A stretch of DNA of 64,000 nt from an uncultured Gammaproteobacteria bacterium (GTDB lineage: Bacteria; Patescibacteriota; Patescibacteriia; Magasanikbacterales; GWA2-37-8), in NCBI GenBank assembly GCA_964510885.1, contig CAZEDL010000002.1:64707-128706 (forward strand). The letters run 5' to 3'. A program made the translations under genes and the position numbers. Below the pieces are notes generated by a model. The model saw only the letters and a list, made by a program, of their open reading frames with translations, had not been told where the DNA came from and ran no database searches. How positions within the stretch are numbered: position 1 is the first letter of the stretch; every line of letters starts with the position of its first letter. Shown here piece after piece: positions 48,654 to 59,082 of this stretch.

Positions 48654-48730
48654 GGGCCTTTAGCTCAGCTGGCTAGAGCGCTTCCATGGCATGGAAGAGG
48701 TCATGGGTTCAAATCCCATAAGGTCCACCA
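48654..48730 (+). tRNA. tRNA-Ala (anticodon GGC), CCA encoded
   Basis: GGGCCTT acceptor with a G3:U70 wobble, anticodon loop AUGGCAU, T-loop GGTTCAAATCC and A73-CCA. Confidence 0.85.
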
Positions 48731-48734
48731 ACTC

Positions 48735-48771
48735 AAAAACCATTCTCAAACGTGTAGAGAATGGTTTTTTT
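48735..48771 (+). terminator. rho-independent terminator
   Basis: ccattctc-aaacgtgt-gagaatgg followed by TTTTTTT. Confidence 0.75.
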
Positions 48772-48851
48772 ATTCAGTGTGCCAGAGATGTTGGCGGCAG
48801 AGATATGCGCAGTAGGCTTTGTTGCAGCCACAGAGAACCTTTCACAACCCA

Positions 48852-49595
48852 CTATTTTCGCTTTGCCACCACCAGCCAATCAAAAGCCACATCGGCGGTT
48901 CCCTCTGTTACTTCTTTAACTTTAAAACCGTGGATACTTTTGCTTATGATATATAGACCCTGGGGATTAGATGTATTTTGAGTAAGGCTAATTTTTAACG
49001 GAGCATTGGGATCTATGATTTCGCTTGTGGCTTTGGTGAAGGCGACTGTGGCACTACCGTTGACCAGGTTGGCAGAACCGGAAAAAATAAACTCACTCAG
49101 TGGTGATTGAGTGACAAACGTCTCTTTAGATTCCACAGCTGCGGCGGATTGATGATTAACATAGCCGTGCGCATCAATCGACCACCTGTTGTCTATGTTA
49201 CTATTGGCCTGGCTATCGCCATTAGGCATTTGCTGATTAACTACCAGACGGCTATTAGAGACCCTCACCGCAAGCGATTCGCCCGCATCGAAGGCTACGG
49301 TTCGGGCACTGAATTCTTTGAGAGTTCTTGGCTTATTATATATCGGTTTAGCAGATATAGTTGTTGCCTTTTTTTCAGCTTCGTTTGGTGTTCCATTGCG
49401 CATCCATCGTGTCGTAAAATTTTTAACTATGCTATCAAACCTAACGTGTGGGGCTAGATATTTACCAATAATACCAGCTATTAATAAACAAGCACCAAGG
49501 CACATTACGAAGCCTTGTATCCCTTGTTTTGATTTTTTCTTATGCATACGTGATAACCGAACTCTATTTTTTATCGCTCTCCTGGTTAGCATCAA
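48852..49595 (-). CDS. hypothetical membrane-anchored/secreted protein
   Basis: 247 aa with an N-terminal TM segment and no recognised motif. Confidence 0.45.
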   Translation of the reverse strand: MMLTRRAIKNRVRLSRMHKKKSKQGIQGFVMCLGACLLIAGIIGKYLAPHVRFDSIVKNFTTRWMRNGTPNEAEKKATTISAKPIYNKPRTLKEFSARTVAFDAGESLAVRVSNSRLVVNQQMPNGDSQANSNIDNRWSIDAHGYVNHQSAAAVESKETFVTQSPLSEFIFSGSANLVNGSATVAFTKATSEIIDPNAPLKISLTQNTSNPQGLYIISKSIHGFKVKEVTEGTADVAFDWLVVAKRK

Positions 49596-52530
49596 TCCCT
49601 GTAACCGGGGTTGACTCAGTTTTTTTAACTAATCCGACATTATCGCGAATCGTATCAATTTCCTTGCCGCTCAGATTGATTTCAGCACCTTTGTTTGACT
49701 GATATTCCTTGTGCTCATAGGTAACATAAAACCGATTATCCCCTGCTAAAAAGTAATACCGGCCTTTGGCATCAGTAATCTGAGTAGATATAAGCTTATT
49801 GAATTGAGCGCTAAATAAACGGGCCACAGCTCGGCCAATGGGCTTTTTATTGCTGGCATCATAGACAATTCCCCAACTTTTTGGCCTGGGCGGCATGGCT
49901 AAACGACGGAACACAACGGTGATAATAATGTGGCCGGCAAGCAACGCACCGACATACCATTTGGGCGAAATGTAAAAGGAGACAGCTGTAGCCACCAGAC
50001 CAACCAACGATACGACACCTTGGATGCGACGACCAATTTTTTCGAGAGCCAGCCGCCGCGGCAGCTTAATTTCACCAGCCGGATCGAGTGGAATATTAGC
50101 TGTAATGGCTGGATATCTTTCATTTACTTGTAATAATTCACCATGATACACATCGGCCCGGCGCCCATCGGCTGTGAAGTTTTTAAGCAAACTTGAAGGA
50201 AAGCTCATTTTATCTTTCACTACTTCAAGACGGTAGCTACCGGGATTGGCGGTAAAATAATAACGACCGTTTTTATCGGTAACGCGAGACTGTATCACTT
50301 TACCGGTCGCACGATCTACCAACCGAACAATTGCCAAATCGATCGGTAATTTAGTCAATGCATTATAAACCTGGCCCCACCCCTCGCGCTTACGCTTACC
50401 GATCAAGAGCACTGGCTGCAAGAACAGCAGTTTAAGAAGCGGCAACAAATCACCCCAGGGGATAAAAGCGACGGACGAGGCGGTAGCCGCAGTGACTGCG
50501 GTTGGCGCCACTACGGTGCTGGCCGCTTGTTCGATTTGCGGGTCATTCGATAAATTTTGTAATAATTTTATAGTTGCCTGTGTTTGATCTGAAAAATTTT
50601 TAATGACATTTTTAAGATTTTCCGGCAGCGTCTTATCAAAATCGATTACGTCGCGCAATTTGCGTGGACGAGCTACCAGCTGGATCGATTCGTTAAATAC
50701 ATTATCGTTAGCAGACACGAGCCGGCTTGAAAAATCTAGATACCCCGGAGCTGAAAATTTGGCATAATACTTTCCTTCTGGAAGCACCCAGCCATACCGA
50801 CCCTCTGACGCTGTGACAATAGTGGTTTTTTGGGCGTATTCACTAAGCGGAATCGGAGCATTATTTTGACCGAATAGATTTACCGAAACTCCGGCTAGTG
50901 CATCGCCAGTAGCGGCATCACTAACCCGGCCCCACGGACGACTACTCAAGGCAAGCGGAATTGATTCTAGCTCAGAATTACCATAATCAACAATTATAAA
51001 AGCTTGGTAAGTTCCTACCGGCGGAAACACCAGGTCGGTACTATACTGGTGCCGCGCTTCATCAAAACGAAACTGGTAGGTGCCATAATTAGAAACTGCC
51101 AAGGTAATTTCGGCTGGTTTTCTTGTCATTGCTTCACGCGAAATGACTATCGAAAAATTATAGCCAGAGAGATTAGCAATCGTAAGACCATTCAACGCAA
51201 GCGACACCGTCCGATCAGCCGCTAAAAACCTAAATCGTTCAAGCTCAATTTTGGGTTCACCAAATACAATTGTGCTAGTTACTTCGCTAAGCGGAATCGT
51301 GCTTGTACCACTTGGTCGTACAGGATTATCTGGTTCCGGCCCAGGATTCTTCGGCAGGCAGGCGCTCGAAAGTTTACACACATCATCTGCACAATCGGTA
51401 GCTGCATTTGAGTCGTCATCGCGACCATTGTCGCAGATCTCTTCTCCCGGAGGAGGCGCAATTTCGACGCTCGAAAACGTGCCAGCACTAACATTGCCTG
51501 AGGTGTCAACGGAAAAAGCGGTGTAAAAATATTTGATATTTGGCTCTACATCAGAATCGACGAACTGTTCATCTGTGCCAGTGTACACCAGGCTGCCTTC
51601 GTTCATTCCTGCGGCCGGAGCCCCGATTGTTTTGATAATGCGGACTTCTTTAAAATCAGCCGCTGCAACAGCTGTTGGATTTTTCCAACTGACAATAATT
51701 GATGTGCCGAGTGCTACCGCTTTCAAGCTAGATACATCTGGAGGCGGAAGTTTTTCTTTGTCTGTCGTGAATGTAGAATCCGACGTGGCCTGGCTAACCC
51801 CGCTTTCATCGGTAGCAATAATGCGAAAATGGTAAACGGTATTAGGTGTTAGGTCAGATAAAAATTGCTCATGACTTAACGAACGAACAGCGGTGACAAC
51901 GCTTGTGCCGTAACTGCTGGTGAGACCGTACTGGATTTCACTGCTGGTAAGTTTGTCGGTATTCCAGACAATCGTGGCTGCTTTGGCGCTTGGGTTTACT
52001 GACACGAGAGTAATAATCGGCGGGGACACTGCTGTGTCAGCAGCGGTGGTGAACATGCCGGTTTGAATTGTAGTTTGATTAGCTGTATCTGTGACACTAA
52101 TTTTAAAATAGTACAAAGTGTTGGTGGCGAGCCCCGAAAGCGCTACCTGATATGATCCTGTGACGGGAGCGCCAGAGCCGTACATGGTGGTGAGGCCGTA
52201 CTCAAATCTATTCGCCGATAAACCATTATCGTCGCTAGCACTCCACACTACGGTGGCGGTCGTCTCGGTTACTACCTTGTTCACTCCGGTAATGGTAGGC
52301 GGTGTGTCAACCGGCGGGGGCGGGGGTGTTACATTTCGACCCGATGACCCGCTACCCCCATCATCGGAATTATTATTACTGTTATTGTTTGAAGACGGAA
52401 CAGTCATTTGAACATTGATGGTTCCGGAACCGGTAGCGGCCAAAGCATAATTTGAAGTCTCAGCCACCACAAAAAAAATCCCGTTCAAAAGGACAAACGA
52501 TACTAGCAATGCAATCCATGACTGCTTCAT
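49564..52530 (-). CDS. giant surface protein with FN3-like and carboxypeptidase-regulatory-like (CarbopepD_reg) domains and C-terminal TM segments
   Basis: Signal peptide, an Asn-rich linker and FN3-like repeats (...TLYYFKISVTD...). CarbopepD-like units: TDKNGRYYFTANPGSYRLEV and TDAKGRYYF. Confidence 0.6.
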   Translation of the reverse strand: MKQSWIALLVSFVLLNGIFFVVAETSNYALAATGSGTINVQMTVPSSNNNSNNNSDDGGSGSSGRNVTPPPPPVDTPPTITGVNKVVTETTATVVWSASDDNGLSANRFEYGLTTMYGSGAPVTGSYQVALSGLATNTLYYFKISVTDTANQTTIQTGMFTTAADTAVSPPIITLVSVNPSAKAATIVWNTDKLTSSEIQYGLTSSYGTSVVTAVRSLSHEQFLSDLTPNTVYHFRIIATDESGVSQATSDSTFTTDKEKLPPPDVSSLKAVALGTSIIVSWKNPTAVAAADFKEVRIIKTIGAPAAGMNEGSLVYTGTDEQFVDSDVEPNIKYFYTAFSVDTSGNVSAGTFSSVEIAPPPGEEICDNGRDDDSNAATDCADDVCKLSSACLPKNPGPEPDNPVRPSGTSTIPLSEVTSTIVFGEPKIELERFRFLAADRTVSLALNGLTIANLSGYNFSIVISREAMTRKPAEITLAVSNYGTYQFRFDEARHQYSTDLVFPPVGTYQAFIIVDYGNSELESIPLALSSRPWGRVSDAATGDALAGVSVNLFGQNNAPIPLSEYAQKTTIVTASEGRYGWVLPEGKYYAKFSAPGYLDFSSRLVSANDNVFNESIQLVARPRKLRDVIDFDKTLPENLKNVIKNFSDQTQATIKLLQNLSNDPQIEQAASTVVAPTAVTAATASSVAFIPWGDLLPLLKLLFLQPVLLIGKRKREGWGQVYNALTKLPIDLAIVRLVDRATGKVIQSRVTDKNGRYYFTANPGSYRLEVVKDKMSFPSSLLKNFTADGRRADVYHGELLQVNERYPAITANIPLDPAGEIKLPRRLALEKIGRRIQGVVSLVGLVATAVSFYISPKWYVGALLAGHIIITVVFRRLAMPPRPKSWGIVYDASNKKPIGRAVARLFSAQFNKLISTQITDAKGRYYFLAGDNRFYVTYEHKEYQSNKGAEINLSGKEIDTIRDNVGLVKKTESTPVTGIDANQESDKK

Positions 52531-52611
52531 ACGAGTGGTAATTCGGGCACCTGTGAATATACTGGGTGCCTCTTGCCAAATACAGGCCTGAGGCTGCTAG
52601 GCAGGGATTCG

Positions 52612-53592
52612 TTACGCTGAAGTGACTAAACGGCGAAGACCGACTCCAAGAAGCGCTATAAGTACTAGCGCTCCTACCCCGACACCGATTGACCAGGGCG
52701 GCAGATACCAAATTCGGAATTCGGCCGCGGCGGTCTGACCGCTTTTTCCATAAGTTATGGAGGCCGTCATATCATAGGGACCAGGCCAGCGCATCACAGA
52801 GCGAAAATTATTTATCGTATCGGTAGGCAGCAGAGGAGACGCTGCGATAGCCGGCGGTTGTTCGGTCGGCAAAAAACTGGCCCACGCTGAGGGCGCAGCT
52901 GCTGTATACTCGAGCCGACGGGTAGAGCCGGCCAGCAACTGATTACCTGGGTTGATTGGAACTGACAGCTTCTCCCTGGTCAAAGGCGCAGAGATACTGA
53001 GCGAGCCGGCCAACGCCACCTCGATATTTCCTTTATTTTCGAGTGTTAAAGGGAAATCAAATAACGGCGCAGTAATAATTAACTCACTGTGCTGATCGAA
53101 AGTAGCGCGCACGTCTTCGCGGGCCGTACCGGCCACCTGAATCGACACCAGTGTAGCTAGGCGAGCGCTGAGACTATTGGATTCGGGAGTGCCAACGGAA
53201 ATACCTTCCACCACTAACGCAACATAATGTGAACCGGGCGCGGCAGCCGGCGGAATTTGAAGCGTGTACGACAAAGTGGCACTTTGCGCAGGAGACAGGG
53301 TCGAAACTGTTTTATCGGGGATTACCCATGATATAGCAGGATCGGCGGTTTCCCCAAAAACTGGTCGGCCCGCACTGTCTTGGGAGAGACCGCTTACCAA
53401 GGCTCTGACTTGTACCGTCTTAGCCTCAGTATTAATAACTTTTACCGTTAATGACTGGGTGGTCCCCGGATCAACGGTTATTACGTAGCGAGTGGGGGTG
53501 ATAGAAAAAGCGTGGGCACTAAGTCCAGCCGACAGACTGCCGATAATAGTAAGGAGTGTTAAAAACCCGATAGTGATACGTGGATGAATCAT
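52612..53592 (-). CDS. cell-surface protein, DUF916-like N-domain with C-terminal TM anchor
   Basis: Signal peptide and FSITPTRYVITVDPGTTQSLTVKVINTEAKTVQV (DUF916-like beta-sandwich pattern), with a C-terminal TM helix plus RR. Confidence 0.45.
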   Translation of the reverse strand: MIHPRITIGFLTLLTIIGSLSAGLSAHAFSITPTRYVITVDPGTTQSLTVKVINTEAKTVQVRALVSGLSQDSAGRPVFGETADPAISWVIPDKTVSTLSPAQSATLSYTLQIPPAAAPGSHYVALVVEGISVGTPESNSLSARLATLVSIQVAGTAREDVRATFDQHSELIITAPLFDFPLTLENKGNIEVALAGSLSISAPLTREKLSVPINPGNQLLAGSTRRLEYTAAAPSAWASFLPTEQPPAIAASPLLPTDTINNFRSVMRWPGPYDMTASITYGKSGQTAAAEFRIWYLPPWSIGVGVGALVLIALLGVGLRRLVTSA

Positions 53593-53598
53593 AACGCA

Positions 53599-54228
53599 TT
53601 AAAAATTGGTCGCGGCGGTGAGTGCGATTGACTGATTATAACTTGCAGCCGAGGCTCCCGGCCCGACTGACGCTTTGAAAGCCAATGTAATCGGTTCGTT
53701 TGTCACTGGAACGGTGGCAGAGGCTAAATTTAAACCAGAGACAACAGCCACATCGCCGGTCGTGAGGCTGTATTGGTTACTGACAGATAGGCCATATTCA
53801 GCCACACCGGCAGTCACCATACCATCAGCTACTGCGGCCGGACTCGTACCTGACACACCGCCAATTGAAAGCGTGAAACCGGTTGACTGATCAGTAGTCA
53901 CCGTAGCTATAACCGAGCCGGTTTTTACTGATGCGCTGCTGAGCGTACCTAAACTTACAATGTCACTACTAAGAATGAGACTAATCAAGCCTGCATCATT
54001 AGACACAAATCCACCCTGTACTTCGTACGTTGTACTTGACACAATACCGGCTGATAAATTTGATATCGCATCGCTTAGGGAATAACTCGTGCTAGTACTA
54101 ACCCCACCGCCAACACCAATATAATCAGAGCTGATTTCATAATGCGCCGACGACATGCTGGCTACAGCCACCGCCCCCACCCACAGACTCCCTATAACCA
54201 TACTTACGACGAGCATCCAATTTCGCAT
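53599..54228 (-). CDS. secreted Ser/Thr/Gly-rich surface protein
   Basis: Signal peptide and a low-complexity STG-rich body; co-oriented with the DUF916-like gene. Confidence 0.45.
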   Translation of the reverse strand: MRNWMLVVSMVIGSLWVGAVAVASMSSAHYEISSDYIGVGGGVSTSTSYSLSDAISNLSAGIVSSTTYEVQGGFVSNDAGLISLILSSDIVSLGTLSSASVKTGSVIATVTTDQSTGFTLSIGGVSGTSPAAVADGMVTAGVAEYGLSVSNQYSLTTGDVAVVSGLNLASATVPVTNEPITLAFKASVGPGASAASYNQSIALTAATNF

Positions 54229-54248
54229 AACATCTATAATTAATAGGA

Positions 54249-56558
54249 TTATTTCAGTTTTTTAATTTTTTCAAGCACCTCTTGATTATTCGGATTCAGT
54301 TCACTGACTTTGGTATAGTAGCTGAGCGCTTCGGCGCGCTTGCCGATTGTCTCATTCCACAGGCCAAGGCTATACAGAGTATTTGAATGATTGGAATCAA
54401 GCGTTAAAGCGCTCTGCCATAAAGCGGCGGCGGCGCTTCGATCAGAGCCTTGGTTGCGATTAAATAACAACCGGCCGTATTGGAATAACACTTCTTGGTT
54501 GTTGCGGCCGAGTGGCGCCATGGTTTCATACACACTAATCGCCTTATCCATATTCCCCTGCTGCTCATAGGCATTAGCAAGCCCATAATACGCAGCCAGG
54601 TAATCATTTTTTAAAAAAATTGCTGATTCATAATTTTTTACCGCCTCACTCCAGCGACCAGCCGCTGCATAATTGCTACCAAGGCGCCAAGCGAGCAGCG
54701 GATTGGAGGGCTCGAGATGCACCGCTTCTTTAAGAGAACGGATGGCCCAGTCGCGCGCCCCTGGAATAATGATGGCTGCCTGCTCGTACATGGTTGCTAA
54801 ATTTTCCCATACCGCCACCGAGCGCGGCGCGATTTCGGTAGCACGGTTTGCTTGATTCACAGCCAGCCCCACGAGGCGCCCTACTTGCTCGCTATTGGCA
54901 CCCTGTGATTGACTAATTTTCAGCGCTTGAAGCAAATACACCTGCGCTATCGCTGCATAATACTTTTCGTTCCGCGATTGTAATTGAATGGCCTGTGTCA
55001 AATCGGATTCGGCTTTAACATAATCTGACTGAGTGCGGGCTCTGGCATACAACCGATCGGCTATATAAAAACGACACCAGGCAATTTCTCCAAATATTAC
55101 AGCCCCAAAAATTACCGCTAGCACGAAAGAAAAAGCTACTTGGCGCTCGGGAGCACCTACTACACGCAGCGATTTTAATTTAATCAGTCGGTCGTTACTC
55201 AGCGACAAGCCTACCATTAAAAGCCCAAGCAGTAAAAACCACAACCACCACATTACCTGTCCAAAAAATAACCAGCCCATACTCACCGTCAGTACCAGCC
55301 AGCCGCCACCTACCAGTAACACTCCCCACTCTTGCGCAATTTTTTGTTGCCTAAGCGTCGCGGCAACACTCTCTATACTGCGATGTGCCCGCACCCTAGC
55401 AGCTGCTGCCAACAATTGAGCTGCCGTTACGATTACAACCACTAGCCATGACAACGCAACTATCACCCCGCCCTCACTTAGCAGTGCCAATACCGTGCTA
55501 AATGGGTTATTGAAGCGCAGACTCACCGCCACCGGATCAGTATTTACTGCTAAACTTTTAAAGGCTAAGAAATTAATTCCGAACGTCCCTGGACCTGTAC
55601 CGATCAATATATTTTTAATACTGCCCGACCACGCCCCCATGGTCACCGACCACGATTCACGCGCATTAAGCGACACTTCAACCGGTAACACTGTTTGAAA
55701 AACTCGCGGCGTGTCGAATAAAATAAAAATTATGGTAAATATAAATAGTGCGAGCACCCCTGACAACGCAACCAAATTTGTTTCATGTATAACGCGGACC
55801 GCGAGCAAAAGCAGTACAAAAAGGGCTACCGCACACACAATCCAAATAATCTTAAAACTAATTAGCGCCAGGGCCATAATAGCCAGCAGGGCGACGGCCG
55901 CATACCCTATCTTTTTGGGCAACGAAACGGTCTTTTGCACCAGCTGACCAAGCGAAAGAAATCCAATCAACACTGTAAACAATCCAAAGGTGCCGTTTAC
56001 TTCTGCAACGGTATTTGAGAGCGGTACCCCAAATACTACAGAGATGACATCAATATGCAGCACTGTTTTCAGTACAAATACTGCAATTGTGCCACCACCA
56101 GCCACTATTAACGCATCAAGTACTAGCTGCCAACGACGCCATGATGTAACTGTATTAGTCAGCAAGATATACCACAAGCACAGCCCCACAGCCGTCAGCC
56201 AGTACAGGGAAAAAATTTCGCTGCTACCAATAAAACTAGTTATATGGGTCACCGAGAACAGTGCTGACGCGAGCACGCTGATTACCAAAATTACTATTGG
56301 CATATCCAACACCGACATGCGATATTCTACCGTCCGCAGGATCAACGTTTTTAACAGTTTAAATAGCACCGCCATCCCTAAAAGAGCCATTAGTAGATAA
56401 TACTTAGCTCCAGTTACCGCCTGTACCAGCGCCCCATCCACCCACCACGGCATTGCCATCACTGCACCCACAATCACACCAAACGACAGCCAGTCAATTA
56501 TTTTTAAAAGCAGCCCGCGCATGCGAGACATATAATAATGAATAGGGTAAAGATGCAA
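54249..56558 (-). CDS. O-antigen ligase (Wzy_C)-like polytopic membrane protein with C-terminal TPR repeats
   Basis: More than 10 TM helices followed by about 6 TPR units (…AWRLGSNYAAAGRWSEAVKNYESAI…, …YYGLANAYEQQGNMDKAISVYE…). Confidence 0.6.
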   Translation of the reverse strand: MHLYPIHYYMSRMRGLLLKIIDWLSFGVIVGAVMAMPWWVDGALVQAVTGAKYYLLMALLGMAVLFKLLKTLILRTVEYRMSVLDMPIVILVISVLASALFSVTHITSFIGSSEIFSLYWLTAVGLCLWYILLTNTVTSWRRWQLVLDALIVAGGGTIAVFVLKTVLHIDVISVVFGVPLSNTVAEVNGTFGLFTVLIGFLSLGQLVQKTVSLPKKIGYAAVALLAIMALALISFKIIWIVCAVALFVLLLLAVRVIHETNLVALSGVLALFIFTIIFILFDTPRVFQTVLPVEVSLNARESWSVTMGAWSGSIKNILIGTGPGTFGINFLAFKSLAVNTDPVAVSLRFNNPFSTVLALLSEGGVIVALSWLVVVIVTAAQLLAAAARVRAHRSIESVAATLRQQKIAQEWGVLLVGGGWLVLTVSMGWLFFGQVMWWLWFLLLGLLMVGLSLSNDRLIKLKSLRVVGAPERQVAFSFVLAVIFGAVIFGEIAWCRFYIADRLYARARTQSDYVKAESDLTQAIQLQSRNEKYYAAIAQVYLLQALKISQSQGANSEQVGRLVGLAVNQANRATEIAPRSVAVWENLATMYEQAAIIIPGARDWAIRSLKEAVHLEPSNPLLAWRLGSNYAAAGRWSEAVKNYESAIFLKNDYLAAYYGLANAYEQQGNMDKAISVYETMAPLGRNNQEVLFQYGRLLFNRNQGSDRSAAAALWQSALTLDSNHSNTLYSLGLWNETIGKRAEALSYYTKVSELNPNNQEVLEKIKKLK

Positions 56559-56775
56559 AAAGATATTAGGAGTATACCATAAAAAAAAGAAACAATCATA
56601 TATTTGGCTGGTGGAAAACAGCAGGCGCCCTGTTCGCGGCGCCAGTTGTTCTAGCCAAACTATACCCCCTCAGCGAATCGTATGCATCTGACTCGCAATT
56701 GGAGACCCGGCTGTTGTTTGAACTCAGCCCGCCGGGTAGAGAGGCTGAATTTTTTCCGAGACTTCTGCTTAACCG

Positions 56776-57357
56776 TTAGGAGTTGAGGTCGAAGCATTCA
56801 AACGGAGCAACTGTAAACTTCGCTTCCGCATTATGCTCGTGCTTCTCCCCCATGCCCACAATAACCCAGAGCTTTTCCTGCCAAACTACCACCATCCCTA
56901 CTTCTAGATTGTCCTGTTCCAGGATCTCCCACACATCATAGGCGGCTTCCAAATACTTAGGCAGGAGGACGGCTTTCCTATCTCCATATCCATCCACTGA
57001 TCCCAAGTAGAAGACGGGGATACCCGGTTTCTCGGCCGCTCCGATATTTGCTTGAGCGAGTTGACCAATGCTCTTTGCTCGCTTAGCCTCTTCGGCTGCC
57101 AGCCCGCGAAGCGTAGAGAGCGGCGTGATGACTTGCTGAGACGCTGGTCCCCAGAAGAAATACTCCGATAATTCCCCAGCGATCCGCTTGCCGATCGAGT
57201 TCGAGACATCCAGCGCGGCGAGAGCTGCTCGGAGTTGGGCATCCTGGATCTTGGCGATTGCCGACCAGTTCTTGTTGAAACGGGGTTTTTCTGTACCGCT
57301 CAATTTATGCTCCTGCGTGGGTTGATCCGAAATACCAGAAACCTGACGAAGCTTCAT
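56776..57357 (-). CDS. hypothetical protein
   Basis: 193-aa ORF with no recognised motif. Confidence 0.45.
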   Translation of the reverse strand: MKLRQVSGISDQPTQEHKLSGTEKPRFNKNWSAIAKIQDAQLRAALAALDVSNSIGKRIAGELSEYFFWGPASQQVITPLSTLRGLAAEEAKRAKSIGQLAQANIGAAEKPGIPVFYLGSVDGYGDRKAVLLPKYLEAAYDVWEILEQDNLEVGMVVVWQEKLWVIVGMGEKHEHNAEAKFTVAPFECFDLNS

Positions 57358-57613
57358 TGTGTACTCCTCGGGTGTCTGTCACCCTGGATACAGTAAAGTA
57401 TTCATATAAAAATTTTCCTTACTTAATCCAAGGTGACAATTTTTAAAGAGCTAGCTCAAAATTGTTTTTCGGTTTTCAATCTTGAACAGGCCATTATATC
57501 TAAAAAAACGCAAAATGTCAATAATATTTATACTATTTTAGATACTTTTTCTATTTTTTGTTGATTTTAAAATAGAAATATGATATATAATATTTTGACA
57601 CATATAAGGCACC

Positions 57614-57649
57614 GACAAACATTTATCAAATATTGCACAAATATTTGTC
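57614..57649. promoter_or_regulatory. inverted repeat GACAAACATTT-N14-AAATATTTGTC, candidate operator upstream of the TrmB-like regulator
   Basis: A 10/11 match inverted repeat in the extremely AT-rich 5' region of the 57694 gene. Confidence 0.4.
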
Positions 57650-57693
57650 TAATATTTTCAATATTGGCTTAAGATTTTCTCACCGCAAAAGAC

Positions 57694-58422
57694 ATGTCTG
57701 AACTTCATGATCAACTAAAACTAATCGGCTTGAACCATTCCGAAATAACGGTCTATTTATACTTGCTCGAAAACGGAGTCTCGACTCCCCCAATTGTTTC
57801 ACGTGGAACAAAAATTGCCCGAACCAATTGTTATAATATTTTACAATCGCTCAAGGACAAAGATTTAATTGAAGAGCATGTTGTCAAAAACAAAAAGACA
57901 TACCTCGCGAGTGATCCAGAATCGTTACTGAGGTCATGGGAGAAAAAAAGAGATACCATCAGCCAGATTATCCCTGATTTACGCGGGCTATATACCACTC
58001 AAAAAAATAAACCAAAGATTCGTTTTTATGAAGGTGCTGATCAGATAAAAGAAATTTATCACGAATCTCTGAACGCGCAAGAAATAATCGCCTTAGGTTC
58101 AACCAGTAAAATCGAGCAATTACTACCTGGATTCTTTGACAACTACTTTAATCAAGTTAAGGAGCGTGGAATTATTTTTTATGACCTGCTCACGAGCGAT
58201 TCCAAAAAAATTGCCGAGGATGACAAAAACCTATTACGAGGATTGTATAATTTTAAAATTTTACCCGCTGAATTTAAAGATTCACCAACTGACATACTAA
58301 TTTGGGATAACTCAATCGGTTTATTGACTTTAGAAGAACCAGTATTTGCCACCGTATTAACAAACCGACATCTAGCAAATACGTTCAAAATGATTTTTAT
58401 GCTAATTAGAAATCGTATTTGA
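57694..58422 (+). CDS. TrmB-family transcriptional regulator
   Basis: N-terminal wHTH (IGLNHSEITVYLYLLENGVSTPPIVSRGTKIARTNCYNILQSLKDKDLIEE) plus a TrmB C-terminal effector domain. Confidence 0.65.
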   Translation: MSELHDQLKLIGLNHSEITVYLYLLENGVSTPPIVSRGTKIARTNCYNILQSLKDKDLIEEHVVKNKKTYLASDPESLLRSWEKKRDTISQIIPDLRGLYTTQKNKPKIRFYEGADQIKEIYHESLNAQEIIALGSTSKIEQLLPGFFDNYFNQVKERGIIFYDLLTSDSKKIAEDDKNLLRGLYNFKILPAEFKDSPTDILIWDNSIGLLTLEEPVFATVLTNRHLANTFKMIFMLIRNRI

Positions 58423-58546
58423 ATGTTTCACGTGGAACATAGGCAGAACATGGGGATAAAATGGAGTTTGTTATAAAATTTCGCTAAATTTAGCATCTCA
58501 GGCTTATTTTCTCTAATTTTAGAGCAATTTTGCGTTTATATAAAAA

Positions 58547-58570
58547 ATTGTATACAATATTGTATACAAT
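58547..58570. promoter_or_regulatory. tandem duplicated palindrome ATTGTATACAAT x2, candidate regulator binding site
   Basis: Two abutting copies of a 12-bp perfect palindrome in the AT-rich region upstream of the GC-rich 58771 ORF. Confidence 0.4.
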
Positions 58571-58770
58571 TTATTAACTATTTGGCTTAGTTATTAACAA
58601 AGTTATCCACATTTTATCCTATAAAAGTACACACTACTCAATACTTTTATTAACACTCTTCGATTACAAAATAGATCTAAAAGGATACAGGTACCGACTC
58701 AACTCACTTTTTAAGTCACGTAAGTGCGGGCACAGCCGGGCGTCAGCTACTGGTATATAAGGAGGCCCCC

Positions 58771-59082
58771 ATGACGTTGTCTGTGCAAATCACCCTCAGT
58801 GTGCCTGAACGCCCGTTAATGATCGGGAAAGAAGGGCGGCTGGCCTTCGATTTCCTCGACAATTGCCTGCGGGCAACCACACCTCTTGCCGTGCTCGACA
58901 GCGGAGATATCGGGGCCTTCCGGACCCTGGCCGATAAGTGCGATGCCGCGATCACCGTGATCGAGACGGCAGAGCAGGGTACCTTCGCCCTGACTGTTGA
59001 AGTCGCGGTAAGCCCAGTAGGGCAGATGCGGCTGAGCGAGCCAAGCCGGGAAAGCGATGAATATGGCCCACAGATGTGGTGA
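58771..59082 (+). CDS. hypothetical protein (GC-rich gene)
   Basis: 103-aa ORF with a strong SD (AAGGAGG-N6-ATG) and a sharp GC-content step-up compared with the upstream AT-rich DNA. Confidence 0.5.
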   Translation: MTLSVQITLSVPERPLMIGKEGRLAFDFLDNCLRATTPLAVLDSGDIGAFRTLADKCDAAITVIETAEQGTFALTVEVAVSPVGQMRLSEPSRESDEYGPQMW

